This document shows positions 53,237 to 63,068 of a stretch of DNA of 64,000 nucleotides, in pieces; positions within the stretch are counted from its first letter, which is position 1; each line of letters starts with the position of its first letter. The stretch comes from an uncultured Gemmatimonadaceae bacterium (lineage in GTDB: Bacteria; Gemmatimonadota; Gemmatimonadetes; Gemmatimonadales; Gemmatimonadaceae): positions 160,001 to 224,000 of the forward strand of contig OY970320.1 of NCBI GenBank assembly GCA_963716745.1, in the 5' to 3' direction. Under the pieces are notes generated by a model, which made no database searches, had not been told where the DNA came from, and was given only the letters and a program-made list of their open reading frames with translations. The translations under genes and the position numbers were made by a program.

Positions 53237-54920
53237 ATGAGCAAGCCCGTCCCCTCCGACATCGAGATCGCCCAAGCCGCCAAGCCACGCCCCATCGGCG
53301 ATGTCGCCGCCGAGCTCGGCCTCGTGCCCGATGAGCTGGACCTCTACGGAAAATTCAAGGCGAAGATCGCGCTCGACGTCTCGCAGCGGAAACCGCGCGG
53401 CCGCCTCGTGCTCGTCACCGGGATCAATCCCACCGCCGCGGGCGAAGGGAAGAGCACCACGCTCGGTCGGGCTCGCCGACGCGCTCCGCCGCCGCGGCAA
53501 GAAGACGGTGCTCTGCATCCGCGAGCCGAGTCTCGGTCCGGTGTTCGGCGTGAAGGGCGGCGCGGCCGGCGGCGGCTACGCGCAGGTGATCCCGATGGAG
53601 GACATCAACCTCCATTTCACCGGCGACTTCCACGCGATCTCGAGCGCGCACAGCCTGCTCTCGGCGATGCTCGACAATCATCTGCACGCAGGGGAATCCG
53701 CTCAGCATCGACTCGCGCCGCATCACCTGGCCGCGCACGATCGACATGAACGACCGCGCGCTGCGCAACGCGGTCATCGGGCTCGGCGGCGTCGCCAACG
53801 GCATCGTGCGCGAGGAGCGCTGGGTGATCATCCCGGCGAGCGAGATCATGGCGATCGTGGCGCTCGCATCCAGCCGCGACGATCTCGAAGCACGCCTCTG
53901 CGCGCATCATCGTCGGCGCCACGACCGGCGCATCACGCAAGCCGATCCGCGCCTCCGATCTCAAGGCCGTCGGCGCGATGAGCCTGCTGCTCAAGGACGC
54001 GATCCGCCCCAACCTCGTGCAGACGCTCGAAGGCGGCCCCGCGATCGTGCACGCCGGTCCGTTCGGCAACATCGCGCACGGCTGCAACTCCATCATCGCC
54101 ACCAAGACCGGACTCGCGCTCGCCGACATCGTCGTCACCGAAGCGGGCTTCGGTTCCGATCTCGGCGCCGAGAAGTTCTTCGACATCAAGTGCCGCTTCG
54201 GCGCGTTGAACCCCGAGGTCGCCGTGCTCGTCGCCACGGTGCGCGCGCTCAAGCTCAATGGCGGCGCCGATAAGAAGCAGCTCGCGAACGAGGACCTCGG
54301 CGCGCTCGAGCAAGGCCTGCCGAACCTCGCCGCGCACATCGCGAACGTGAAGCAGTTCGGCGTGCCGGTGATCGTCGCCGTCAATCGCTTCACGAGCGAC
54401 TCGGAGAAGGAGCTCACGATGGTCGCGGACTTCGCGCGCAAGCAGGGCGTGCGCGTCGCGCTCAACGAAGTGTGGGAGAAGGGCGGGGAGGGCGGCCTCG
54501 AGATGGCAAACGAGGTGATTGCGGCGCTCGACGCTGGCGGCTCCAAGTACGCGCCGCTCTACGACGTGAAGAAACCGATCCGCGAGAAGATCGACACCAT
54601 CGTGACGACGCGTGTACGGCGGCGACGGCGCGGACTACGCGCCCAAGGCCGAGCGCGCGATCGAGTACCTCGAATCGATCGGCCTTGGCGAGACGCCGAT
54701 CTGCATGGCGAAGACGCAGTACTCACTCTCCGACGACGCCACGCTGCTCGGCCGCCCCAAGGGATTCCGCATCACCGTGAACGACGTGTACCCGGCTGCC
54801 GGCGCCGGATTCGTCGTCGCGCAGGCGGGCGACATCATGACCATGCCGGGACTGCCGAAGGAACCGGCTGCCGAGCGCATGGCGATCCTTCCCAACGGAT
54901 CGATCACCGGGTTGTTCTAG
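53237..54920 (+). CDS. fhs: Formate--tetrahydrofolate ligase (apparent indels ~53462, ~53688, ~53899, ~54608)
   Basis: [64 protein letters not shown]. Confidence 0.96.
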
Positions 54921-54989
54921 ACGCGCGCGCCGTCTATATCACAGAGCGTACGTGCGACGCCGACACTTCCACCGCGGGAGCCACACACC

Positions 54990-55376
54990 GTGAAGCCGAT
55001 CAGCACCGACAAGGCGCCCGCCGCGATCGGGCCGTATTCGCAGGCGATCCATGTGCATGGATTCCTCTTCACCGCTGGACAGATCGCACTCGATCCGGCC
55101 AGCGGCAAGATCGTCGACGGCGGCATCGAAGAGCAGACCAAGCGCGTGCTCGCGAATCTGTCGGCGGTGCTCACCGCCGGCGGCGCGACGTGGGCGGACG
55201 TCGTGAAGACCACGGTGTACCTCGCCGACCTCGCCGATTTCCCGGTGGTGAACGATCTGTACGGGAAGCACCTCGGCGCCGCGCGGCCCGCGCGCTCCAC
55301 CGTGCAGGTCGCGGCGCTCCCGCGGAATGCGCTCGTCGAGATCGACGCGATCGCGTACGTGAAAACGAAGGATTGA
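54990..55376 (+). CDS. ridA: RidA-family reactive imine deaminase
   Basis: APAAIGPYSQA, GQI, KTTVYL, PARSTVQV, VEIDAIA. Confidence 0.93.
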   Translation: MKPISTDKAPAAIGPYSQAIHVHGFLFTAGQIALDPASGKIVDGGIEEQTKRVLANLSAVLTAGGATWADVVKTTVYLADLADFPVVNDLYGKHLGAARPARSTVQVAALPRNALVEIDAIAYVKTKD

Positions 55377-55393
55377 GCGCTGCGACCGCGAGC

Positions 55394-56443
55394 ATGACCA
55401 CCGCCGGCGTCGTCGAGACGAAGGACACGTTCCGCCTTACCGCGTTCGCGAATTGCGCGGGCTGCGCGGCGAAGATGGGGCCGGGCGATCTGTCGCGCGC
55501 GCTCGCGCCGCTTCCTGCCGATCTCGATCCTCGATTGATCGTCGGGCGCGGCTCGTTCGACGACGCGGGTGTCTTTCTGCTGAGCGACGACGTCGCCCTC
55601 GTGCAGACGGTGGATTTCTTCGCGCCGATCGTCGACGATCCGTACACCTTCGGCCGCATCGCGGCCACGAACGCGCTGAGCGATGTCTTCGCGATGGGCG
55701 GCGAGCCGCTCACCGCGCTCAACATCGTCGGTTTCCCCGCGGGGAAGCTGCCGCTCGAGATCCTCACCGAGATCCTGCGCGGCGGGCAGGACATGGTGCG
55801 CGCGGCCGGCGCGGTGATCGCCGGCGGCCACACGATCATCGATGAGGAGATCAAGTACGGCCTCTCGGTGACCGGCCGCGCGAATCCCAAGCATCTCCTC
55901 ACCAACGCCGCCGCGAAGCCCGGCGACGTGCTCGTGCTCACGAAGGCGATCGGCACCGGGCTCCTCGCCACCGCCGGGAAGCTCGGCGAACTCGGCGCCG
56001 CCGACCACGACGCGATGATCCGCTCGATGACCACGCTGAACGCCGAGGCGAGCCGCGCCGCGCTCGCGGTCGGCGTGCGCTGCGCGACCGACGTCACGGG
56101 CTTCGGCCTCCTCGGCCACGCGACGCACATCGCGCGCGCGAGCGGCGTCACGCTGCGCATTGACGTGCACGCGGTGCCGCTCTTGCCCGGCGCGCGCGCG
56201 GCGTGGAAGCGCGGCGCGCGCACCGGCGGCGGATCGCGCAACTACGACTGGCTCGAGGCCTCCGTGGACTGGGGTACCGTGGCCGACGCCGAGCGCGCGC
56301 TGCTGCTCGACCCGCAGACTTCGGGTGGACTGCTGCTCGCGATGGCGCCGGCGGTCGTTCCGGAGTATCTGGCGCGCGTGGACGGCGCTGCCGTGATCGG
56401 CGCGGTGCAGCCGCGCGGGACGGTCGACATCGCGCTCGCGTGA
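55394..56443 (+). CDS. selD: Selenide, water dikinase (Cys-type active site)
   Basis: CAGCAAK, DDAGV, QTVDFF, NALSDVFAMGG, GGHT, TDVTGFGLLGH, DPQTSGGLL. Confidence 0.96.
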   Translation: MTTAGVVETKDTFRLTAFANCAGCAAKMGPGDLSRALAPLPADLDPRLIVGRGSFDDAGVFLLSDDVALVQTVDFFAPIVDDPYTFGRIAATNALSDVFAMGGEPLTALNIVGFPAGKLPLEILTEILRGGQDMVRAAGAVIAGGHTIIDEEIKYGLSVTGRANPKHLLTNAAAKPGDVLVLTKAIGTGLLATAGKLGELGAADHDAMIRSMTTLNAEASRAALAVGVRCATDVTGFGLLGHATHIARASGVTLRIDVHAVPLLPGARAAWKRGARTGGGSRNYDWLEASVDWGTVADAERALLLDPQTSGGLLLAMAPAVVPEYLARVDGAAVIGAVQPRGTVDIALA

Positions 56444-56448
56444 ACCGT

Positions 56449-56545
56449 GGGGACGGATGGGGCCTGGTGGCTTTCCCAGTCTTCAAAACTGGTGCGACCT
56501 GACTTCGTCGGGTTGGGTGGGTTCGATTCCCACACGTTCCCGCCA
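56449..56545 (+). tRNA. selC: tRNA-Sec (anticodon UCA)
   Basis: Anticodon arm CCAGT-CTTCAAA-ACTGG; 8-position acceptor stem (GGGGACGG/ACGTTCCC); 5-bp T stem with TTCGATT; 6-bp D stem with UGGU loop; long variable arm; G-CCA end; adjacent to selD. Confidence 0.95.
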
Positions 56546-56560
56546 CGCGGGCGCGGCGCG

Positions 56561-57118
56561 ATGACCGCGGTCTGCGCGGCTGGCGTGCTCAGCGTCATGC
56601 TCGGTGCGTTCGGCGCCTCGCTCGACGCGCAGATCGCGGACAGCTCGCGCGTCGGCCCCACCGCCGCGCCGCCGGCGTCCGCGGATACGTTCCCGACCGC
56701 GCTCACGCAGCCGTCGCCCAAGCCGCCGGTCTCACCCAAGCGAGCGCTCTTCCAGTCGCTGCTCATTCCCGGTTGGGGGCAGGCGTCGCTGCATCGCAGC
56801 ACCGCCGGCGTGATCTTCGTCAGCGTCGAGGCGATCTCGCTCGGCATGCTCGCGCAGTCGAAGTCGGAACTCCGGGCCGCGCAGCGGTTCGCCGGCGACA
56901 GCGTGTTCAACGGTTCGGGCTTCATCCCCAATCCGCTGCAGGAAGTGCTGGGCAAGCGTGAGCTCGCCGTGCAGGACTGGACCGTGCTGCTGATCTTCAA
57001 TCACTTGATCTCGGCGGCGGACGCGTTCGTCGCGGCGCAATTGTGGAACGTGCCGATCGAGCTCGGGGCATCGCCCACCCAGAAGTCGGCATCCATCGGG
57101 ACGCACATCGCATGGTGA
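56561..57118 (+). CDS. DUF5683-like exported/membrane protein
   Basis: Signal-like N-terminus; SPKRALFQSLLIPGWGQ; SAADAFVAAQL. Confidence 0.7.
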   Translation: MTAVCAAGVLSVMLGAFGASLDAQIADSSRVGPTAAPPASADTFPTALTQPSPKPPVSPKRALFQSLLIPGWGQASLHRSTAGVIFVSVEAISLGMLAQSKSELRAAQRFAGDSVFNGSGFIPNPLQEVLGKRELAVQDWTVLLIFNHLISAADAFVAAQLWNVPIELGASPTQKSASIGTHIAW

Positions 57119-57927
57119 ACGCACCCGGCGCGCGGTCGCCGATCGGCGTCTTCGATTCGGGGATCGGCGGCCTCACCGTGGTCCACGAGCTGCGCCGCCA
57201 GTTGCCCGAGGAGCGCCTCATCTACTTCGGCGACACCGCGCGCGTGCCATACGGCCCGAAGAGTCCGGATACGGTTCGGCGGTACGCGGCGGAGATCACC
57301 GAGTGGCTCGTGTCGCAAGGAGTGAAGGCGGTGGTGGTCGCGTGCAACACGGCCACGGCGCACGCGCTGCCATCGCTGCGCGAGCGCTTCGACATTCCCA
57401 TCATCGGCGTGATCGAACCCGGCGCCGCCGGGGCCGCGCGCGCCTCACGCAGTGGGCGCATTGGCGTCATCGGCACGAGTGGCACCGTGGCCTCGGGCGC
57501 GTACGAACGTGCCGTGCGCGCGCTGCGATCCGATACGCACGTGGTGTCACGCGCGTGCCCGCTCTTCGTTCCGCTGGTGGAGGAGGGCTGGCTCGACGCG
57601 CCGGCCACGCGCCTCATTGCACATGAATATCTCGACGCGTTCGCGCCGGACGAGATCGACACGCTCGTGCTCGGTTGCACGCATTATCCGCTGCTCAAGC
57701 CGTTGCTCGCCAATGTCGTCGGCGGTGGCGTGCGGCTCATCGACAGCGCGGAAGAGACGGCGGCGGCCACGCGCGACGCGCTCGACAAGGCGCAACTCCG
57801 AGCGCCCGTTGGCGGCAAGGGAGAATGCCGCTTCGTCGCGTCCGATGCTCCCGACCAGTTCCTACGGGTGGGGCAGCGCTTCCTCGGCGACGCGGTCGGC
57901 CGCGTCGAGAAGGTCACTCTCGGTTGA
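57112..57927 (+). CDS. murI: Glutamate racemase
   Basis: IGVFDSGIGGLTV, PYG, VACNTA, LGCTHYP. Confidence 0.97.
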   Translation: MVNAPGARSPIGVFDSGIGGLTVVHELRRQLPEERLIYFGDTARVPYGPKSPDTVRRYAAEITEWLVSQGVKAVVVACNTATAHALPSLRERFDIPIIGVIEPGAAGAARASRSGRIGVIGTSGTVASGAYERAVRALRSDTHVVSRACPLFVPLVEEGWLDAPATRLIAHEYLDAFAPDEIDTLVLGCTHYPLLKPLLANVVGGGVRLIDSAEETAAATRDALDKAQLRAPVGGKGECRFVASDAPDQFLRVGQRFLGDAVGRVEKVTLG

Positions 57928-58650
57928 TCCGGGGCGCCAGCGCCGCAGTTCGACGCGCTCGGGCGTGATGCACAGATAGGTCGGTCCGTCCATCCACGCG
58001 CCGGGATTCGCGTACACGCTGCCGGCGGGCGACCGTTCGAGCGCCGGCACGTGCGAATGCCCGTAGATCAGAAGTTGCGTGCGCGGATGGTGCGCGAGAT
58101 GCGCCATCGCCACCGCCTGCAATCCGGCGCCGCCATCGCGCGCGCGGTGGTCGCGGCTCGCGCCCGACGATCCGTGTGCGAGCTTGCTCCCCCAGTCGGG
58201 GTGGATCCACCGGAACGCGCGGATCGCCCACGGATGACGCAGCACGCGGCGCAGCCGGCGGTACGGGCGGTCCTCCACGTCGCGCAAGCCATCGCCGTGC
58301 TCGATCGTGGTCTGCCACCCGGCGATCTCTCCACTCCAGCCGCTCACGCGATAGTCGATGCCCACCTCGCCGGTGAGCACGTCGCCGCCCCAGCAGTCGT
58401 GGTTCCCGGCGAGCATCGTCACGGGCACGCCCGCATCCACGAGATCCGCGAGTGCGGCGAGCGCGCGGAAATGCCCGCGCGGGATCACCGTTTTCCATTC
58501 GAACCAGAAATCGAAGAGGTCGCCGTTGATGAGCAACGAGCCGGCGCGCCCGGGCAGCTGGCGCAGGAACCCTACGAGCCGCCGCTCCAATTCCACATCG
58601 CCGGCGCCGAGGTGGGCGTCGGAGATCACGTAACAGGGCGAGGGCAGCAT
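57862..58650 (-). CDS. lpxH: UDP-2,3-diacylglucosamine diphosphatase (LpxH-like metallophosphoesterase)
   Basis: ISDAHLG, GDLFDFWFE, GNHD, HGD, GHSH, NPGAW. Confidence 0.8.
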   Translation of the reverse strand: MLPSPCYVISDAHLGAGDVELERRLVGFLRQLPGRAGSLLINGDLFDFWFEWKTVIPRGHFRALAALADLVDAGVPVTMLAGNHDCWGGDVLTGEVGIDYRVSGWSGEIAGWQTTIEHGDGLRDVEDRPYRRLRRVLRHPWAIRAFRWIHPDWGSKLAHGSSGASRDHRARDGGAGLQAVAMAHLAHHPRTQLLIYGHSHVPALERSPAGSVYANPGAWMDGPTYLCITPERVELRRWRPGSTESDLLDAADRVAEEALPHP

Positions 58651-58656
58651 GGCCAC

Positions 58657-58685
58657 ATTCTAGCCTTCGCGCGCGCTCTTTACAA
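58657..58685 (-). promoter_or_regulatory. Promoter of the lpxH-like gene (leaderless-type)
   Basis: TTGTAA-N17-TAGAAT, then 6 nt to ATG. Confidence 0.6.
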
Positions 58686-58690
58686 ACTCC

Positions 58691-58718
58691 TCGTGCATCG
58701 TGCATCGTGCCTCGTGCA
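58691..58718 (+). repeat. Heptamer tandem repeat (TCGTGCA)x4
   Basis: TCGTGCA TCGTGCA TCGTGCC TCGTGCA. Confidence 0.8.
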
Positions 58719-59145
58719 TCCAGCCCCCCGCATCTCGTCCGTCGAATTCCGCGTGCGCTACGCGGAGACCGATCAGATGGGCGTCGTCTATCACGCGAAC
58801 TATCTCATCTGGTGCGAGATCGGGCGCACCGATCACATCCGGCAAGTGATGGGCACGTCGTACCGCGAGATGGAGGAGCAGGGGATCACGCTCGCTGTCT
58901 CCGAGGCCTCGCTCCGCTACCTCGCGGGCGCGAAATACAATGACATGATCCGCGTGGACACTGTCCTCGCGCGCGTCACCTCCCGCACGCTCACGTTCGA
59001 TTACACGGTGTTCAATGCCGCGACCGGCGCTAAGCTGGCGACCGCCAGCACGACGCTCATCTCGCTCGATCCCGCGGGACGTGTCGCCGCGCTCCCGCCG
59101 GATATGCGCGCCAGGCTCGCCGGCGCGGCCGCCAATGCGCCGTAA
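58714..59145 (+). CDS. YbgC/FadM-family acyl-CoA thioesterase
   Basis: RVRYAETDQMGVVYHANYLIWCEIGR; start uncertain. Confidence 0.9.
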   Translation: MHPAPRISSVEFRVRYAETDQMGVVYHANYLIWCEIGRTDHIRQVMGTSYREMEEQGITLAVSEASLRYLAGAKYNDMIRVDTVLARVTSRTLTFDYTVFNAATGAKLATASTTLISLDPAGRVAALPPDMRARLAGAAANAP

Positions 59146-61138
59146 CGCGCTCGCGGTCGCGGCGCTCGCCCTCGCCGCAGCGTGCGCCGCGCAGACGCCC
59201 GCGGTGGATGCCGTTCGCTACGCCCGGCTCCTGCAGATGGCCGACCAGCGACAGCTCGACACCGCACTCGTGCTCGGCATTCTGCGCTCTGGCTCGCCGC
59301 CCGAGCGCGCAGCGGCCGCGCGCGCCGTTGGCCAGGTGCATGGCGTCTCGCTGGCGCCGCGATTGCGGTCGTTGCTTGGCGATCGCGATACCGCCGTGGC
59401 CGCCAACGCCGCGTTCGCGCTCGGCTTGATGAAGGATTCGCTGAGCGTGGCCGCGCTCTCGCACGCGCTTGGCAGTGCGCCCACGGTCGCGGCGCAGGCA
59501 GCATGGTCGCTCGGCGCGATCGGCGCACCCGCCGCGGCGTCGATCGATACCGCCCTCGCCGCGCACGCGCCGCGCCCCGTCGCGGTGAGCGCCGCGCTCC
59601 TCATCGCGGCATCGCGGCTCAAGCCGGTGCCGGTCGCTCGCGTGACGTCATGGCTCGCGAACGCCAATGCGTCGGTGCGTTGGGCCGCGGTGTATGCGAT
59701 CGCGCGTCCGTACGCCGCCGCCGGAGTGCGCGCGGTGCTCCCGCTCGCCCATGATCCCGACGATGCGGTGCGCGCCATCGTCGCGCGTGCGCTCTCCCAT
59801 CAGGCGGCGGGCGATTCGCTCGCCGCGCTCGCGCTTTCGGCGCTCGACTCGCTCGCGCGCGATGCAACGCCCCAGGTGCGGGTGAACGCCGTGCGCGCGC
59901 TCGGCACATACGGCGGCGCATCGCGCGCCGCCGTGTTACGCGCGCTGCACGACCCCGATGCGAACGTCCGACTCACCGCCGCGCAGGCGCTGGACGTCGT
60001 GCTCGCCGGCGCGCCGCGATCGCTCTGGATGGACGCCTGGAACGCCGACACCACGTTCGTGTACAGGCGCGAAGTGCTGGGCCGAGCGCTTCGCGATGAC
60101 GTGGTGCTTCCCGCCGCCGATCCGGACAACGCCGACGGTTGGCGGCATCTCCCCGATTGGCATCATCGCGCCGCCGTGGCCGATGCGGGCGCCGCCTCCA
60201 AGAACATCCAGCGCATGCGCGACATCTCGCTGCCGCTCGCCCGCGATCCGGATGCCCGCGTGCGGAGCGCCGCGTACTCGGCCATCGCCCCGTGGATCGA
60301 CTCGGCCGCCGGCCACCCGTGGAGGCGCGAGTTCATGTACCACGCGCTCGATGATCCCGACAACGTCGTACGATCCGTCGCCATCCGTTCGCTCGAGGAT
60401 CACGGCACCGTGGAGGAGGCCGTGCTCGTCGTTCGGAGTTATCCGCGCGCGTTGACGGACTCCTCGAACGATGCGCGCGCCGCCACCGTGAGTTTCCTCG
60501 TGGCCGTGTGGGCGCGTGACAGCATGCATTTCTCCGACTCGCTCCGCACTGCGATCCGCGCCATGCCGGTGCCTGCCGACCAGGCCTCGCGCGATGCGGC
60601 GGCCGGGTTCACGCTGCTCGCCGCCTGGGCCTCCGCGCCGCCTCCGCTCTTGCCGCCGCTCGCGTGGTACGAGGGGATCGTGCGCTCGCTCGTGATCCCG
60701 GCGCTCGGCGGTCATACGCCGCGCGCGCGCATCACCACGGCGCGCGGAGTGATCACGCTCGAATTGGCGCCGGTCGACGCACCGCTCACCGTGAACAATT
60801 TCCTCACGCTCGCGCGGGCCAAATATTTCGACAACACCGATTGGCATCGCGTCGTGCCGAACTTCGTCGCGCAGGACGGTGACCGGCGCGGCGACGGCAG
60901 CGGGGGTCCCGGCTACGCCATTCGCGATGAGCTCGACCGTCTCAGCTATGTGCGCGGGGAGCTGGGCATGGCGCTGTCGGGCCCCGACACCGGCGGCAGC
61001 CAGTATTTCATCACGCTGAGTTTCCAGCCGCATCTCGACGCCGGCTACACCGCGTTCGGCCGAGTGGTGGACGGGTTCGCCCCGCTCGACGCGACCGTGC
61101 AGGGCGACGCGATCACGTCGATCCGCGTGCAAGAGTGA
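59135..61138 (+). CDS. Lipoprotein with HEAT repeats and a C-terminal cyclophilin-type PPIase
   Basis: LAAAC lipobox; repeated D..VR..A..AL; APLTVNNF, HRVVPNFVAQDGD, DTGGSQYFIT, YTAFGRV. Confidence 0.88.
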   Translation: MRRNALAVAALALAAACAAQTPAVDAVRYARLLQMADQRQLDTALVLGILRSGSPPERAAAARAVGQVHGVSLAPRLRSLLGDRDTAVAANAAFALGLMKDSLSVAALSHALGSAPTVAAQAAWSLGAIGAPAAASIDTALAAHAPRPVAVSAALLIAASRLKPVPVARVTSWLANANASVRWAAVYAIARPYAAAGVRAVLPLAHDPDDAVRAIVARALSHQAAGDSLAALALSALDSLARDATPQVRVNAVRALGTYGGASRAAVLRALHDPDANVRLTAAQALDVVLAGAPRSLWMDAWNADTTFVYRREVLGRALRDDVVLPAADPDNADGWRHLPDWHHRAAVADAGAASKNIQRMRDISLPLARDPDARVRSAAYSAIAPWIDSAAGHPWRREFMYHALDDPDNVVRSVAIRSLEDHGTVEEAVLVVRSYPRALTDSSNDARAATVSFLVAVWARDSMHFSDSLRTAIRAMPVPADQASRDAAAGFTLLAAWASAPPPLLPPLAWYEGIVRSLVIPALGGHTPRARITTARGVITLELAPVDAPLTVNNFLTLARAKYFDNTDWHRVVPNFVAQDGDRRGDGSGGPGYAIRDELDRLSYVRGELGMALSGPDTGGSQYFITLSFQPHLDAGYTAFGRVVDGFAPLDATVQGDAITSIRVQE

Positions 61139-61749
61139 GGAGCGCCGCGCTCGCGCTGCTGATCCTCGCCGCCTGCAGCCCGCGCGCGCCGCTCTTCAGC
61201 GGTCAACCGGTGCCGGTCAGCGCCCCGGCCACGGCGATGAGCGGCCCACACCTCAAGATCGTGTACGGATTCGCCTATGAGGACGGCAACGTCACCCTGA
61301 ACGGCGAAGCCGTCGCTCGCACCGCGCCGCCCGACTCCGTGCGCCTGGATTTCTTCGTCAACAATGAGACCGTGGGCGATGCCGTCGTGATCGGCGATTC
61401 CCTGGTCGCGGCGCGCCCGAAGGTCACTCGCCGCATCGTGCCGGCCATGCCGTTCGTCTGGGCAGCGCTGGGCGTCCTTCGGGTCCCACCGGGCCGCGAC
61501 ACCGCCGCCCGCGTTGACGCGGACACGCTCCGCATTGAGATTGCAGGGTATGATACTTGGCGGGCGGCGTTCCTCGGCCCGGAGCTCGTCCGGCTGGACC
61601 AGATCGATGGCGGACGGATCCCGCAGTCGGCGACGCGTGTGCCAGGCAGCATCGTACGGTACCGCTCCTCTCACCCTCAGCGTACGCTCGAGCTCACCGT
61701 GAAACAGGTGGATACTCTTCCGCCCTTCAATGCTTCGATCTGGCGTTAG
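61135..61749 (+). CDS. Hypothetical lipoprotein
   Basis: LILAAC lipobox; coupled to both neighbours. Confidence 0.7.
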   Translation: MRSAALALLILAACSPRAPLFSGQPVPVSAPATAMSGPHLKIVYGFAYEDGNVTLNGEAVARTAPPDSVRLDFFVNNETVGDAVVIGDSLVAARPKVTRRIVPAMPFVWAALGVLRVPPGRDTAARVDADTLRIEIAGYDTWRAAFLGPELVRLDQIDGGRIPQSATRVPGSIVRYRSSHPQRTLELTVKQVDTLPPFNASIWR

Positions 61750-62224
61750 CGCGCTCCTGATCGCCGCTCTGGCGCTCAGCAGCTGCAACTACGGCTTCGC
61801 CGGCGGTGGATTGCCTCCGAAGATCAAGACCGTCGCCGTCATCCCCTTCGACAACGACACGCCGTCGCCGACGCTGCAGAGCGAGCTCAACACTTTGCTC
61901 TCCACGCAGTTCGTATCACGCCTGGGGCTGCATCCCGCATCGGAGAATCGCGCCGACGCCATCGTGCGCGGCCGGATCACGCGCTTCGACACCGGCATCC
62001 CCGTCGCGTATTCCGCGTCGCCGAATTCGACGTCGGCGCAACGCGAGCTGCGCATCACCGTGGACGTCGAGATCGTGGACCAGACCAACGGCCGCGTGAT
62101 CTGGTCCCGCAAGGGACTCGTGGGTGTCGCCGATTATTCGGAACGCGATGAGGCCGGCGGGCGCAAGGACGCCGTGACCAAGATCGTGAGCGACATCATT
62201 GCCGGAGCGCAGTCGCAATGGTGA
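61730..62224 (+). CDS. lptE: LPS assembly lipoprotein LptE-like
   Basis: LSSCNYGFAGGGLP, IKTVAVIPFDN, ITVDVEIVD...IW. Confidence 0.75.
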   Translation: MLRSGVSALLIAALALSSCNYGFAGGGLPPKIKTVAVIPFDNDTPSPTLQSELNTLLSTQFVSRLGLHPASENRADAIVRGRITRFDTGIPVAYSASPNSTSAQRELRITVDVEIVDQTNGRVIWSRKGLVGVADYSERDEAGGRKDAVTKIVSDIIAGAQSQW

Positions 62225-62580
62225 TCCGACTCAGGCCGCGCGCGGGAAAAGTCCGACTGGGTTGTCTCGTCTCCGTGCTCATCGTCGCGGCGCTGTGCTA
62301 TTTCGCCTGGAACATCGGCACCGTCGCGCTGCGCTTCTACGAGTACCAGGATGCGATGGCGCAGGAGGCGCGATTCGCCGCGCATACGCCGAACGACCAG
62401 ATCCTCTTGCACCTCCGGGCGAAGGCCGATTCGCTCGACATGCCCGAGGGCGCGAAGAAGATCCAGATCCGGCGGAAGGGGAATCAGATCTGGATCTGGG
62501 TGGACTACATCGAAGCGATCGAACTCCCGGGATTCGTGAAGGAGGTCGAGCTGACCCCGCACGTGGAGCGGGTGTTCTGA
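62218..62580 (+). CDS. Hypothetical membrane-anchored protein (pilin-like/DUF4845-like N-terminus)
   Basis: RAGKVRLGCLV followed by TM, YEYQDAM. Confidence 0.65.
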   Translation: MVIRLRPRAGKVRLGCLVSVLIVAALCYFAWNIGTVALRFYEYQDAMAQEARFAAHTPNDQILLHLRAKADSLDMPEGAKKIQIRRKGNQIWIWVDYIEAIELPGFVKEVELTPHVERVF

Positions 62581-62615
62581 CGCCCGTCGCGCCTCGCGCG
62601 CCCGCGAGCAAGGTG

Positions 62616-63068
62616 ATGTCGTGGGCCGAAGCCCGGCGCTGGCGCGACGCCGTGAAGGGGCGCGTGGTGTTCACGAACGGCGTGTTCGATCTCCTGCATC
62701 CCGGTCACATCGACGTGCTCGCGGCGGCGCGCGCCGCCGGCGACGCCCTCGTCGTCGGCGTGAATAGCGATGACTCGGTGCGCCGGCTCAAGGGCCCCAC
62801 GCGGCCGGTGCGCAACGCGGTGGAGCGCGCGCTCGTGCTCGGCGCGCTCGAGTCGGTGGACGCCGTCGCCGTGTTCGAGCAGGACACGCCGCTCGAACTC
62901 ATCGTCGCACTGCGCCCCGATATCATCGTGAAGGGCGGCGACTACTCGCCTGCCACCGTCGTGGGGCGCCGCGAAGTCGAATCGTGGGGCGGATCCGTGA
63001 AGATCGTTCCGCTTACGCCTGGACAGTCCACCACTTCAATCATCGAGAAGCTCCGTGACGCCAAGTAG
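62616..63068 (+). CDS. rfaE2: D-glycero-beta-D-manno-heptose 1-phosphate adenylyltransferase
   Basis: [36 protein letters not shown]; start uncertain. Confidence 0.92.
   Translation: MSWAEARRWRDAVKGRVVFTNGVFDLLHPGHIDVLAAARAAGDALVVGVNSDDSVRRLKGPTRPVRNAVERALVLGALESVDAVAVFEQDTPLELIVALRPDIIVKGGDYSPATVVGRREVESWGGSVKIVPLTPGQSTTSIIEKLRDAK

Noticed and set aside
53978..56443. 821-aa Fhs-SelD fusion ORF
   Set aside because: Artefact of the fhs indel near 54608. The fhs C-terminus and ridA lie in other frames between them.
56449..56600. Island integrated at tRNA-Sec
   Set aside because: No integrase, no duplicated tRNA 3' end seen, no composition shift; flanks are housekeeping genes.
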